From Lytechinus pictus (taxonomy: Eukaryota), in contig NC_087251.1 in NCBI RefSeq assembly GCF_037042905.1, positions 3,598,001 through 3,662,000 of the forward strand: a stretch of DNA of 64,000 bases, given 5' to 3'. Position 1 is the first letter of the stretch; each line of letters opens with the position of its first letter. The notes below the pieces were generated by a model. That model was not told the DNA's origin, did no database searches, and saw nothing but the letters and a program-made list of their open reading frames with translations. Position numbers and translations under genes: made by a program. Below, one piece after another: positions 1 to 13,600 of this stretch.

Positions 1-551
1 ATCTTTATTTATAAATAATGGAAAACTCGAACATTAAATAATGATTATTTATAAATAATGAGAATAATGGTGCACTCGAAAAAATTATTTATAAATAATG
101 AAGTAGACGTTTTCATTATTTAACAAATAATCATTATTTATAAATAATGGAAAACTCAACAAATTATTTATAAATAATGAAAAACAAATAATCATTATTT
201 ATAAATAATGAAAAACAAATAATCATTATTTGTAAATAATGAAAAACAAATAATCATTATTTATAAATAATGAAAAACCAATTATCATTATTTATAAATA
301 ATGAAAAACAAATAATCATTATTTATAAATAATGAAAAACAAATAATCATTATTTGTAAATAATGAAAAACAAATAATCATTATTTATAAATAATGAAAA
401 ACAAATAATCATTATTTATAAATAATGAAAAACAAATAATCATTATTTGTAAATAATGAAAAACAAATAATCATTATTTATAAATAATGAAAAACAAATA
501 ATCATTATTTATAAATAATGAAAAACAAATAATCATTATTTATAAATAATG
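1..551. repeat. 31-bp AT-rich minisatellite (TAATCATTATTTATAAATAATGAAAAACAAA), ~12 near-perfect copies at ~160-551 plus degenerate copies
   Basis: Unit recurs every 31 bp (190, 221 ... 500, 531). Each unit holds the 20-bp palindrome TCATTATTTATAAATAATGA. Confidence 0.95.
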
Positions 552-954
552 GAATGTCGAACTATTATTATTTACAAATAATGAAGTATTACTTGGAATT
601 ATATATAAATAATTAGAAATGATATTTTATATAATAGTAGTTATTTACAAATAAAATGTAAATTATATATAAATAATAGTTATTATTTAATAAATAATGA
701 TTATATAACAAATAATTGTTCTATATAATATTGGTACATTCGGCGCCTCATAATGTAGGCCTAGCTACGTAGCGGTGGGGCCGAGGCCTTATGCAGCGGC
801 TAGCGGAGCTCAGACATTAGTTCAGGGGCGATGTATTCATTTCGAGGTTAGATTATCGGATTCTGATTTCATTAAATACGTTGAGAGAGCCAAACGACTT
901 ATTGTTTTGGCTTAATTTTACTGTAAAAATACCCATAGACGACAATACAGAAGA

Positions 955-1086
955 AAATACCGGTATGATATTTTCAACTTTTGGTATGACGGTATTTCGG
1001 TATTGAAATTTCAACGGCGGTATCCATACCGGTATGCCGTTCATACCGAACGGTATTACTAATACCGGTATACCGAAAAAGCTTAA
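955..1086. mobile_element. Probable DNA-transposon end with clustered TACCG/CGGTA subterminal motifs
   Basis: Many copies of ATACCG/CGGTAT in both orientations within ~130 bp. The partner end was not identified. Confidence 0.35.
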
Positions 1087-4066
1087 TAGTAAACCTACTT
1101 CATGTGCAGGCCTACATGTGCAGGCCTACATGTACATGTTCGATAAAAATTAAGCAATTAGCTTGTTAGTAATATGGCAGGAAAAGTCAAACTGTTGAAC
1201 AGCCAATAAGCTTGTGATTTTATTGCATAGTTTTACATATATTTAGCCCAATAGATCAAATACTTGATAGTTCAAAGACAGAAATAGCAATTGCAAACTT
1301 TCTGAAAGGTTGATTATTGTTTCCTCACGAGGCAGGACATATTGAAAATGAGTCATTTTGACATGACCTCCAGTCAGGAAATAGTTCACTTCAGCCAGTC
1401 TGCAACACTGTGTAATCACACACCCTCTATACTCTCTTTTGTTCAGCTTAATATGATTTCATACTAATTAACCACTGAATTTGTAAACAATTAATCTAAT
1501 CCCGATCATGAAGAGAAGCTGTTGTTGTTTGTTTGTATGTACATGTATGCGCAATATTTACGCACACCTTCATTCTCTGCCCCAAATGTCAAAGGGAATG
1601 AAAAGAATTTAAGCACATTTATAAGAGGATTATATACAGTGATATGAATGAAATTTAAGAATAAGCTACACCAAAATTGTCTAATACATTATCAAAGAAT
1701 TTGTTTCATTTTGGTTTTCTAATTTAATGTGCAATACTGTATACATGGATGGTTATACACATTGACAATTTTGGGATTTAACAATAGTACATTGCAGCTG
1801 AATTATAGAGCAAAGAGAGATTTAGTGCTTAAAGTGGTAGCTTGTCTTATTGTAGAAATGGGCTATACTACATGTAGTTATAATTCAATTAATCATTTGT
1901 AACCAAAAACACCCAAACCACAGCGAAACCTCACATGCTTTATCCTTTAAAGTTACCTAAATTACATTTGAATCATATTGATATTGTCAGCGTTTTAGTA
2001 TTGATGGATTTCTATATTTATCAGCATATATATGTATGTCGTTTATGTGAAAAATATCATGTTTGAATATAAAGAGCCACCTAATACACAATGCGATATA
2101 CAGTATGGTTACCATGGCCAACAGAATACACATGTAGCTGTTATTGCTTTGGGGAAGAAAAACTGATAAAAAGTGACAGTTGCTATGGTGTTCACTGATG
2201 CTTTTAAAATATTTTAGATGGATCCTTTGTATTGACCAAAGCTTATAAAAGATGGTTATAAATTACCTGTTGGGTGCTCACCACGACATATTTGCATCCT
2301 TATTTCATATGAACCCTTGCTGTTGACGTATCATCTCCTGTGAATACAAAAGCTCAGATTGAAAGGCTTTTCAAATCAGGGTTTTCCAGGGCTCTATATA
2401 GATGCCTGGTAAATACATTTACCTGCATTGGCAGTGAGCTAGCAATTTTCTTGAGCTTTCTTATTAAGACGAGCGAGAAGCCTCCTCCTCTGCATTCATG
2501 CTCATGTCTGTTAAAGACCTTATTGGAAGCTGAAAAAAAAAACTTTGTACTATTGGGGACTGCAAATAATCTATATTACATGTTTATGGGGTGTTTTAAC
2601 GATGCATTTCATCCCTGGGTAAAACTTGACATCATCATCACCATCATTATTATCATCATCATCATCATCAAATAAAGTTTGTTTTGGACTGCATGATTTA
2701 CCTGTGAAATATATGTCTGAGAGTATATAGTGCAAAAGCAACACAATCTGACGAATATTCCATATATTATAACTAAGCCAAGTACAAAATTAGCTGTTTT
2801 AGGGTACTGTATTGCATGGTCAAATGCGCATATGCGCTAATATGCAAATCAGACATTGATGCAGGCAATGAGCACTGCAATGCAGTGCGCATACATGTAC
2901 AGTATATTATGTCATAATGAGCTACATATTTGTAAGTTGAAATTCTATATTAAATCAAAATTATTTTATGAAGTGGGGGCCATATTAACTTATTTTAATA
3001 AGAGACATGATGCTCTAAATATCTTTACTTTTTAGTAATAATTATATTGGATGGCTTTATTTCATAGAATATCAGTCATATTCCACATGTATTACATATC
3101 ATGCACTACATGTATTAGTAATAACTCTTGTAATATCTCTTGATACATGTACGTACGACAATACTCTACAAGAGGGATGTACTTTTAATGGAAGAATAGT
3201 ATTTGCTTTAGGAACACAAAATTTGTGAGCCTCGAAAAGGGGCTCTAATTTTAAGACGTCTTCTTATGTGGATGGAGATGTGATTACATGGAAAGTTAAT
3301 TTACATTGTTTTCCTGTTTTCCAGATTACAAATTTGGATATTTGAAATAGTTTGCATAGAAAAATATCATTGGCAATGTTTAGTGCTTAAATGGTCGGAA
3401 ACCTACTGCTCTAGACCATATTTTGTGTGATTTGTATAGTCAGCCTCTTATTTGGATATGGTTACTTTGCATGGCAAAACATATTACATACTTCTTCATG
3501 CAAATAAGACTTACATTGTGATAAGCTGCGCCAAATAAAGTGGCTAATTAATGAAAATTAGTCCAAAATGTGTAATAGAGTCCTGTTTCAATTTGAACAG
3601 GAAATACACTCAGTGTAATTATTGGTCCAAATTTTTCTCGAGTTTGTAATTGTAAAAAAATGAGAACTTACAGCTTTGAAATACGATGATGCCATGGGAT
3701 TCGAGTCAGTGATGAACGCAGCGTAACCCATATTTTAGGCTTACAAGTGTTTTTAAACAGAATACTACTACCAGCGCTGGTATGTGGTGAAAATGCAAGT
3801 AACTTGGAGTGTTGTATTCTACTGTCATGTCTTTTGAATTATAATAATTGCTGTTAAAAATCTGAAATGAAATGTTACCAAAATGACACTGAAATTTTGG
3901 ATTCTGACTCGACTAGATCTAGAATATGAATCATGATGCTTTATTCACATATGATGACAAAGTATATATTAGATTGCCTTCAAGTATTTCGTCTTTCCTG
4001 TGATGTAGAATTTCATTCCACATCAGATGAGAAATTAAAAAACTGTGAACTTATTTTCTTCTACAG

Positions 4067-4630
4067 ATTTTGTACGAGGCTTGAACCATGAAAGCAAAGA
4101 GGAAGCCTTGGCTCAGGTTCTTTCACACCTACCACTCCTCCAGCCAAGCAGTACAGAGGCCAAAACAGAGTATCTCAAACTCATCCCAGAGATCCTGAGC
4201 TACATGCAGGACAATGGTATCCTCTTAAACGAAGCACATCAGCTCTTCACATACCTCGTCATTCACCCGGCTCTCAGCTGTGAAGAACAAATCCCGAGAA
4301 GTAAATGGATCAACCAGTTTGATGATCAACAGTCCTTCCCCCCATCATCATGCTACCCAAGTCAGCTTGGTTCAGACCAGCTTGTTTCACCATTCCTGAA
4401 ACCATCCCCTTATGCTCCCCAGGTGTCAGAGGGGTCCTCCACAGGGCTCCTGAGAACAGGGATGTGTGGTGATTGGTATCAAGGGAGTGGGATTAGTGAT
4501 GGAGGTGGTGGTGGCAGTGGTGGTGGAGGAGGAGGTGGTGGACTGTTGGTAGGGTCAAACTCTTTTCATCAGCCTCTTACAACAACCATGTCTGCACCAC
4601 CAGCTGTCAATGTAACAGGACCTTCATCAG
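4067..4630 (+). CDS. SAMD4: Smaug exon (N-terminal conserved region + Gly-rich linker)
   Basis: ctacag|ATTTTG...TCAG|gtatgt; encodes [19 protein letters not shown]. Confidence 0.92.
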
Positions 4631-7600
4631 GTATGTGGCATTTAAAAATCTACATTTCATCACCTTCCCGCACAAAGGCCGTTTACGCGTCGCCTTCACG
4701 CGAAAGAACCGTTATCGTGCAGTGAACACTACGCGCTAACGGGCTTTGTGCGGGAAGGCGACGCGCAGTACGCTAACGGCCTTTGTGCAGGAAAGCGACG
4801 ATTTATATATCATTTCAGATATAAAAATAGCACATTAGAAATGTAGGCCTATAATACTGAGCACTATTGTCATTTAAATGTATAGACTGAACTTGCTTAT
4901 CTGGCTTGCAACTACGTGTATCTTTAAAGTGAAATGACAGGATATAGGAATGATTATAATGTTATTCCACTTAATGTGCAGTGTGTCCCAGAAGAACGAA
5001 AAAGAGAATTCTCAATGATTTATCACAACCCCAAGATTCCTCATTCAAGTAATATTTGTATACCAAACCTTAGGCAGATATCATTCTACTGATTTGACTT
5101 ATCAGCTTGCAATATACAACTCTTTATTTAGCTGAATGCAGCTGAAAATTTCATTTTATTCACATTTATATTTTAATAAAATCAATTAAAAGAAGACTGT
5201 CCAGGATTCAAAATCCCAATTTAGAATTATTATTGTTATTATTTGATTTTATCTTTCAGAAGATAGCCATCCGAAAGGAAAGAGGAATAGCTTTTTAGAA
5301 GAAAAGAGTGGAATGAAAGGTGAGCAGTTGAATATTAAGTTAAAAATTTGTTTTGGTGTCTAATGGCATAAGGTTATAAATTTACATAAGTTTGAAAAGG
5401 TCTCTGATGGCAGTGCTGTATGTTTTTTCTGTTTTCATGACAAGTATTTTCCCAGCATTTTGTAAACTACATGATTAAAGTCTTTTTTGTTAAAGGATTC
5501 ACCATTGTGATTTCAGCAAAACTACTTTCTTTTTATTTTGTTAATTTTTTAATATGAAGGCTAATACTGTATGGAATATGTTGCAACCTCTTGAACTGTG
5601 AAAATTGCGCAGAATTAAAGAATGTAAAATGAACTTATTATTCATATTGCCTCAAACAAAAGTATTTTGTATTATGTAAATAGGTCAAAGCTGATTGCAT
5701 TATGGCAAGGCCAAATTCATGAGTCATTTGATAGTTTCCTGTTCAGAGGGAGATATAGAAGCTTCATTCACAATGCCCGAGACCAATTACTTGTTAGATA
5801 ATCTTAATTCTGTTTGTTGTAGGGCAGCAAACAATAAACAATGAAAGTCTATGGGTATCAAGTTGGTCTAGAATATAGTATAACTTTATTGTTGCCTTTA
5901 TTACACTTTATTTTTTATTAATGTGCATGAGAAGAACGAATGCTACTATGTGTACATGTATATCCTAAGATTGTTATGATGTGAATGATATGAAAGGAAT
6001 TTGTTTTTGTGAATTTATTTTGCGTTTTTCAATGAAAATTATTTGTCAGGATCCCATCTAATTTTTTGTTTTCATTTGGGGAATTAATGACCATTCATAA
6101 TGCATGGAAAGGACAGAATTTTTTTCATGAAATGTATCTAACTGTCATATATGCAAACACTCGGTTTGTAAAATCTTTGCCCAAAGGAAATTATTTTTAA
6201 AGAAAAAAGATATAATTGAGAGAGTGTGCGCTAAATATCTTCAAATATTCTTAATTTCATTTTCGAACTGATAAAAAAAAAAAAAAAACAAGGGCACTAC
6301 TTTTGTATTTATTTAAGTTTAGATGATATTCTTATCAAATTATTGAGCTTTAATTAAACTTTTGACTGTTTTTTAAGGAGATAGCAATCTTGTCAAGTTG
6401 ATATTAAGTTTAGATGTCGGTTTATGATTTCCCCTTTTGTTATTTTGATACTTGATTTAAATTCAATGTTTTATATTTCTTGACAGATGTACCAACATGG
6501 CTAAAGAGCTTGAGATTACACAAGTATACATATCTTTTTGAAAGTCTAGACTATGATGAAATGATGGCACTTACTGAAAAGCAACTGGAAGACATGGTAA
6601 TTAATAAGAATATAATTATAATGTTTTCATCATTATTATCATCATAATAACCATCATTACTATAATGATGATGATGATGGTGGTGGTGATTATGATGATC
6701 GAGATGATGATGATATGATGATGACCATGATCATGATCATCATCATAGTAATGATGGTTATGATGATGATGTTAATAGAGATGATGATAATCATCATCAC
6801 GATCATCATCTCCTTCATCATTATTATGATCATCGTCAAAGGAAAAGTGTGGAAATTTATGTCAATTTATGTCAAAATACTTAGCTAACAACCCTTGATA
6901 CATATGATGACATTGAGAGATCAAATGCCATATAATGTCTCAAGGATCTTCTCTGACTTTGTGGCAGTCAGACCATTGTTAAGTGAATCATGTGATGTGA
7001 AACCCAATCATTCGTACCCTTCATTATTTTAAACTATTATTTTTTTTATCATTTACATTATTCCCCTGTATGTTTTGATTGAGGTCATCATGTGATGGGG
7101 AATTGATTATTATGATTGTGTTTATTTTATCACAGGATGTGACAAAAGGAGCGAGGAATAAGATCATGCTCAGTATACAGAAGTTGAAAGAGAGGCAACC
7201 CATTCTCAGAAATCTAGAAAAGGTCAGACTAGATCGAATTGATAAGCATGTGAAGTAAACTTTGTTTCATGTTCTTTCTTGTCTGGAACTCCTTATGAGG
7301 ATAGAAAGTTTTCAATTCAATATTTTTCATAAAATTTTCTATTTAAATTTTTGATGTTCTGTTCGATATGTTGGTAAATACATTGCCAATATAACTAAAA
7401 TACTGTATATATCCTGTGCAATATAAAGTATTCATTACATTTGTATTAGAAGTGTCAGAGTCTCTTTTTTTAAATTTAGTAATATGTTATTAAAAAATAG
7501 ACTTTAGAAATTTAAAAGTTAATTTGCATATTTTTTTTAAAATTTCATATTCTTAGTCCAGAATATTTGAGAAAACACCCATGATTACAACTTACTGGGC

Positions 7601-10600
7601 AAATGAGAGCTTATCATACGAGATCCAGTCAATTTGTAAAATTCATGATAAAATACATTTTTGTATCAAATGTTAGTTTATTTATCAGAGGTAGACTATT
7701 AGACCTTGTTTTAATTCTAACACGCATTTCTGTGTTTATAGTGTCAAATTCACTTAAAGCTGATTCCACAGTGACATGCATTGTTGAATAAAGAAATTGA
7801 ACAAATAAAATACCTCACAAATAATTATTCAACAAATCATCCATACATATTTTTTCTTAATGGTTGAATGGTATGGTACCTTGTTAGTAATATTTATAGG
7901 ATCAGCCATTATTATTGCATTTTCAATTTAATATAATAATAGTAATATGTGAATTGAAGGAAAACAATAAGTTTAATGACAATTTTTATGAACAGTTTAT
8001 TATTCCTGTAGAACTATCCTATGTGATCTCATTGGTTGATTAATTATTAAGTTCTATTAAATCAATTTGCTTTGAGGTCATTTTTACTAGTAATAAATTA
8101 GTCTTAATATCTTATTTCAAGCCATATTTTTACAACTTCTCTTACAGTTAAAGAAATGCCTTCTCCAGAAAATCTAGGTTCTCAATGCATGGTACACACT
8201 AAAATATTTCATACTCTCACTCCATTCTACAGGATATCATGTCAACAGGTAGCTCTAAGAACCTGAGAAATGCCCTCAATGATATCAAGAATATCATTAA
8301 TACACCCATCCATGCCTTCAAACCCAAAGAACATTGTAGCAGTAGCAACAGGCCTGAGGATATCAGTACAAACCCTGCAGGAGTGGTGGGTGACATGAGA
8401 CCCGAGAGTGGTTCAGATCCTGAACAAGGTTCTATGCCAGTACAGGAGGGAGACTTACCAGGACAGATTACAAGGTTCATGGGAAAAAGTAAGTGCTCGG
8501 GGGGGGGGGGGTGATCAAGTGGGTGGCCCATATAGATTTAAGTGTTATACTTTTTTTCTTCTTGAGTGGTCCACACTTTACAAGCTTTGCTTTTCAGTGG
8601 GCCACTCCATTTTTCCAACATATCTTGCATATTGTTATTATCAAATTGGAAATATTATCTTCTGTATCAGGTGTATATTCTTTATATTTGGTTTATTTGA
8701 ATATTTATGTCATTTATATTTTCTGATGTTATGTTTTATTTATTGTAATTATTGCATTATAAATTTTGTTGGAAAAAATAATAAATGAATGAATGAATGA
8801 ATGAATGAAAGAGATATGGCAAATTTAAATGATCTATGATGTCACCTCCAATGTTAATATGAGAACTTGAATAAGTTTGTAGGAAGTATTTGTTTACCTT
8901 ACCTAGGCAATGGATGGTGTGCACAGTGCTTTGGCTGAACTTAAGGAAGAAGATTTAGTCATCCATGTGGACGACTGGAATAGCTGTTGATACATGTATG
9001 TTGCATGATGGGGGGGGGGGGGGGGATAGATCAGCCCCATTGAACACTGGGTTCACTGCTTTATTTGGTTTGCTAGGATTTTACTGCAATCTTAACAACT
9101 TGATCAGGCCTGGTAGGTCTTGATCAGAAAAGGTTATAGCTTGGATTGGAATTGATTGATAGTACTCTGCTCCAAAACAAATATTTTTGATACAGTATTC
9201 ATGTAGAAAGTTAAAAAAAAATATTCTAAACATTAGATAGTCATGTTGAAAATCAGAGCAATATAGATCAAGGTAGATTGACTGTGATTACCCTTGCCAA
9301 GGTAGACATTCCAAGCCCCAAAATAGCTTGATCATCAGTGGTAGGGTATGTTTCAGTTGATCAGTCAGCAGTAAGAATCATGAGGGCAAGTATAAATGTT
9401 CCAAATTCTACTAGGGTCCATTTCCTCAGAAATAAAACAATACATCTAAGAATGTAATAAATTCACAACTTTTTTACATCTGGTGATAAAGCTCCACATA
9501 CCCTCATTTATAACTTTAATATTTTGGTAGATTCTGTCAAGGGACTTGACTTATTTTGAATGTCATCCAGTAAGGTCAAAGGGGGAAAGACATCATACGT
9601 TAAAAATTTGTGTGCATTTATGTCAAACGAACAAGGTGATATTCTATGGTCTTGTAATTATATGCATGCCACACGCATCTTTTCAAGATATTTACTTGTT
9701 CAGTTTATACTAAAAATCTTTGTTTAAAATGTTTTATAAACCCCTTAAGTTCAATGTATCTATCAGTGTGGTTACTTTCACTCTTAAACATTGAGAAAAT
9801 ATTAAGAATTCTGATTTAATGATCAAACATTTCCTTTATAAAGTTCAGTACTAGAACAGAACTACCAACTTCCTGTTAATCTTTAGCCTGCAAACTAACA
9901 TTAACTTTGGATTGCTTTCTCCTCCCTCTAAACTCTGATTTAGACAATCAAAATGGAATGATTCCTAATTCAAATGGGATTGTTTGAGGGTTCCATGACA
10001 TCTGTTCTGGCGACAATTGCTCCGCTGTAAATTCCACTCATAAATAAAATGACCAACTTCAACTCTGGATTTGATACTATACTATACCCTATCCTAAACC
10101 TAACATAAAACACATTGCAAGGCTAACCCTAACCCTAGATCTCAGACGAAATAAAGCCCAGATTAATTATCACAGGAGCAAAGGTTGTGTCACCTGTGTG
10201 AGTGCTCTCATTGATATTCATATCTGCTCATAATAACATTTATCCAGGTGAATTAGTATGGAAGAATTGGTTTAAAACTGAGATATAAATCAATCCCAAA
10301 ACTTGATTTTAACAATGACATTACTTATAGTTGGCAAATCACCCTGTTATTATTATCGGTGAAAGGTCCTGCTTGGGATAGGTTCATTCATTTTGAGCAG
10401 CTATAGAAGTGTTAAACCCATATTCTAAAGTTGGGTTTAACTCAGACCATAGCCTAACGCTGTGCTAAAATTATGGGAAGCCAAACGTGTCAAAGTTTTG
10501 TTTACATTGAATGTCTCTCATGTTTATTGTGCTCTTTTCTAATTCTTCCCAGGCAGTTAATAATGTTTTTGAGAGAGTCAAATAAGCTGATACATTGAAC

Positions 10601-13600
10601 CTCTACTGTTAAACATTCATGTCACAACTTTCTTTCCATAGATAAACCATAACTTTAAACCAGAGTTTGAATTAAATCCGAATTTAGAATACAGGTCTAC
10701 GTGTTTAAGTAATTATTTCTTCACACAATGTAACATTTTCTAGGACATTTTTGTCTTACTCCATAAAGCCAGTAATTTCTCAGCTGTATAGAATGTTTCA
10801 TTATCCATCACTTGTGAATTGCAATCCCTTCCCAGCCCCTGAACTCATACGTAGAGCATAGTGGGCAAACAAGTCACTTCTATGTTAAACTCTGTTGCTG
10901 TCACTTCCCCTTCAAAAAGTTTGTTCAGTACCTTATATAGAATGCCATGGGAGTCATGCCAAAAAGGTATGGATGTAATATATTAGGCCTGATTAAATTA
11001 AGTTACGAAGTTTCCTTTTCATGACAGAATAATCCCTATATCAAGTGTACGTGATAGACCTCATGTGAGCTATGGTGATAGAAAATGTTGGCATTTAACC
11101 TGATAATGATAGATTTATTTTTTTATTCAAAAATTGCAGAAGTAAATCCTAATCTACATTCTATTTCTAAGAAACAAATGTATTAATGTTAATTGATCAA
11201 CTTTTAGTAGGACTTCTCTTTTCAACTTTATATAATTGGATTTACATTCATTCTGCTACTTTTATAAAGTTCATGATGTTTCAAAGGTACTATAAAGTCA
11301 TTGTGGTCATCAATATGCGATTTTAGTTTTGTGATGATGTGTTTATATGATTGATTGAATGATGATATTAAAAAATTGTAATGGATGCAGATCTTTTCTT
11401 TCTCATTTCTCTGAAAATAAACGTGATTCAAATGATTTTTAGATGAGTAAATAACATGTCAGAAATGCCTGCCAGTCATAACTATCATGAGCATTTACAA
11501 TGTATATTCAATTTATTTTTTCCATATGATCTTTTTGCTGGATATGCTAGTCCTGGAAAAAGATGATATAAAATTAAAAAGACATCAGTTAAGAACTTCA
11601 TAAAATATGAAAACTGTAATTCTATATGAAAACAAATCAAGTTCTTGGCAACAGCATGGATCACCATCATTGGAATGCAAAATTTCCAATTTATGATTAG
11701 TTCAATATCAGATATGCTGTCTGTATTTTTTATTAAATGACATTAAAGTGCGGAATCATGAGTGTGTATATTACCATCTCAACAACTGATCATTTACACT
11801 TTTTATTGCAATGTCAGTTAAATATGGACTTGAATTTTTCACCCACCAATTACACTGCTTTTGATACCTGCAACAATTTATACTTCTGAAAATATACTTA
11901 TCACATGTGATTTTTCACTTGTGTTATATTGCAAATTATGATATTTTGTTAAAACACTAGGTAATGGTTCCATTTTAAAAATCAGTCATGTATTTGTGAA
12001 TTTGCCTTGAATGAATTTGTCAAGGCAAACTTTCTTGTGGCCCGTTGTATGAGAAATCAGTGTACTCAATTCATCAACTTTGCTACTGACATCAAAGAAA
12101 GTAGCTATATAAAATAGAAAATACATATAACATCACAATGTTATTTGTAAGCCATTTTTATAAGACTGATCGAGTATAAGTTCTGCTTAAAATTTATCTT
12201 AAATACAAAATGTAGCAGTGGAAGCAAATGAGCATGTACAAACCTCTCTCCCCTCAATTCTTTTCCCCTTTCCATAAAAAAAGGAAGTTATGATACTCTT
12301 TCCTATTAACAAAAGATCAAAATTTATGCCTACTTGATGGCTTAGGGTGATAGCATGGTGATAGAGATCAACATAAGTAATTATGAGACATGTGATTTGG
12401 ATGAGTAACATTCAGAACTAGAGTATTATGTTTCTTGTATTTCTCTTAGACAGGATATTGACATCCTCACACTCAGTAACTCATATCAAACTGACGAAGG
12501 AAACTATATAAAGTTATGTGAAAAACTAGTTACAAAAAAAATATATATATGTATTTTTTAATGAATTAATGAATAATGATATTCATGGTGATGATAGAGA
12601 TGATGGTGATGGTGATGACATAATGATAACAATAATTATGAAAATATATGCCAGACCTGCTTTTGATTTCAAGTTTAGCCATTTTAATTTGTCAATAGCA
12701 AGAAAGAAATTGATTATTCTAAATTGCTAATGGAAATGATTGAAAATGACAATGACAAACTTACTCCTTACAAAGTTTTTTCACAGCTTTTTATGTGAAT
12801 GAAAATAATAAAAAAGTAAAAACATATTTTGATTACTGATACAAAAGAAGTGTTTTTTAAGATATTTTTTTGAAAACTCCAAAGATGGGAGAAGACATTA
12901 CTATACTTTTGTTTTGTTTTCCATAGTGTGTACTCAACTACTGATGTCCCCTAGACCTCATGAGGAAACGATAACACAGTACTTGCAGCTTCTGGACAAG
13001 TGCTATAACCATGAGGCTTTCACATCAGCTCAGAAGAGCAAGCTTTTATCATGGAGAAAGAATTGCCAAAAATTCAGTCCCAACCCATACGCCAGAAAGT
13101 CATCCATTGATAGCAAGCAGACAAGAGGGTAAGGATCAATACAGCAATTTAAAGGGGATGCATATTTATGAAAGGTTGACAAAAATCCATCAAGAAACAT
13201 TATTTATTTCATGATTTTTTTTAAAGATTTAGTTCTGTAAAGTCACCTCCAAACTGCATTGCACGCTGTACAATATACAATGAACTCCAGAAACTTGCTT
13301 TTTCAGAAACAAAATTATTTTTACTTGTACTTTATGTAATTACACATATTTCATACATGCTTACATGAAAATACAAAATTTATTCTTTCATCATAGACTG
13401 TTGAAATATGGCAGTTTGCAAAATTAATGATGCATTGTATATGCTGGAAAGGCTCTCAAGTGACAACAGAATTAAACTAATATAAACTAAAAAAAAAAAA
13501 AAAAAAAAACATGGTTCTAATTATTTACCCTTGATGGATTTTTATCAAACCTTCATTGCTATTTTTTTATTGCCTTTTAAAGACTTACTTAAGATTAGGG

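Noticed and set aside
1..551. CRISPR-like array
   Set aside because: Units are directly tandem with no unique spacers, there are no cas genes, and the context is eukaryotic.
2340..2675. 111-aa ORF as the missing first Smaug exon
   Set aside because: It has no similarity to the conserved Smaug N-terminus (FRDQV...W..W..CEQ), starts at GTG and ends in an ATC microsatellite.
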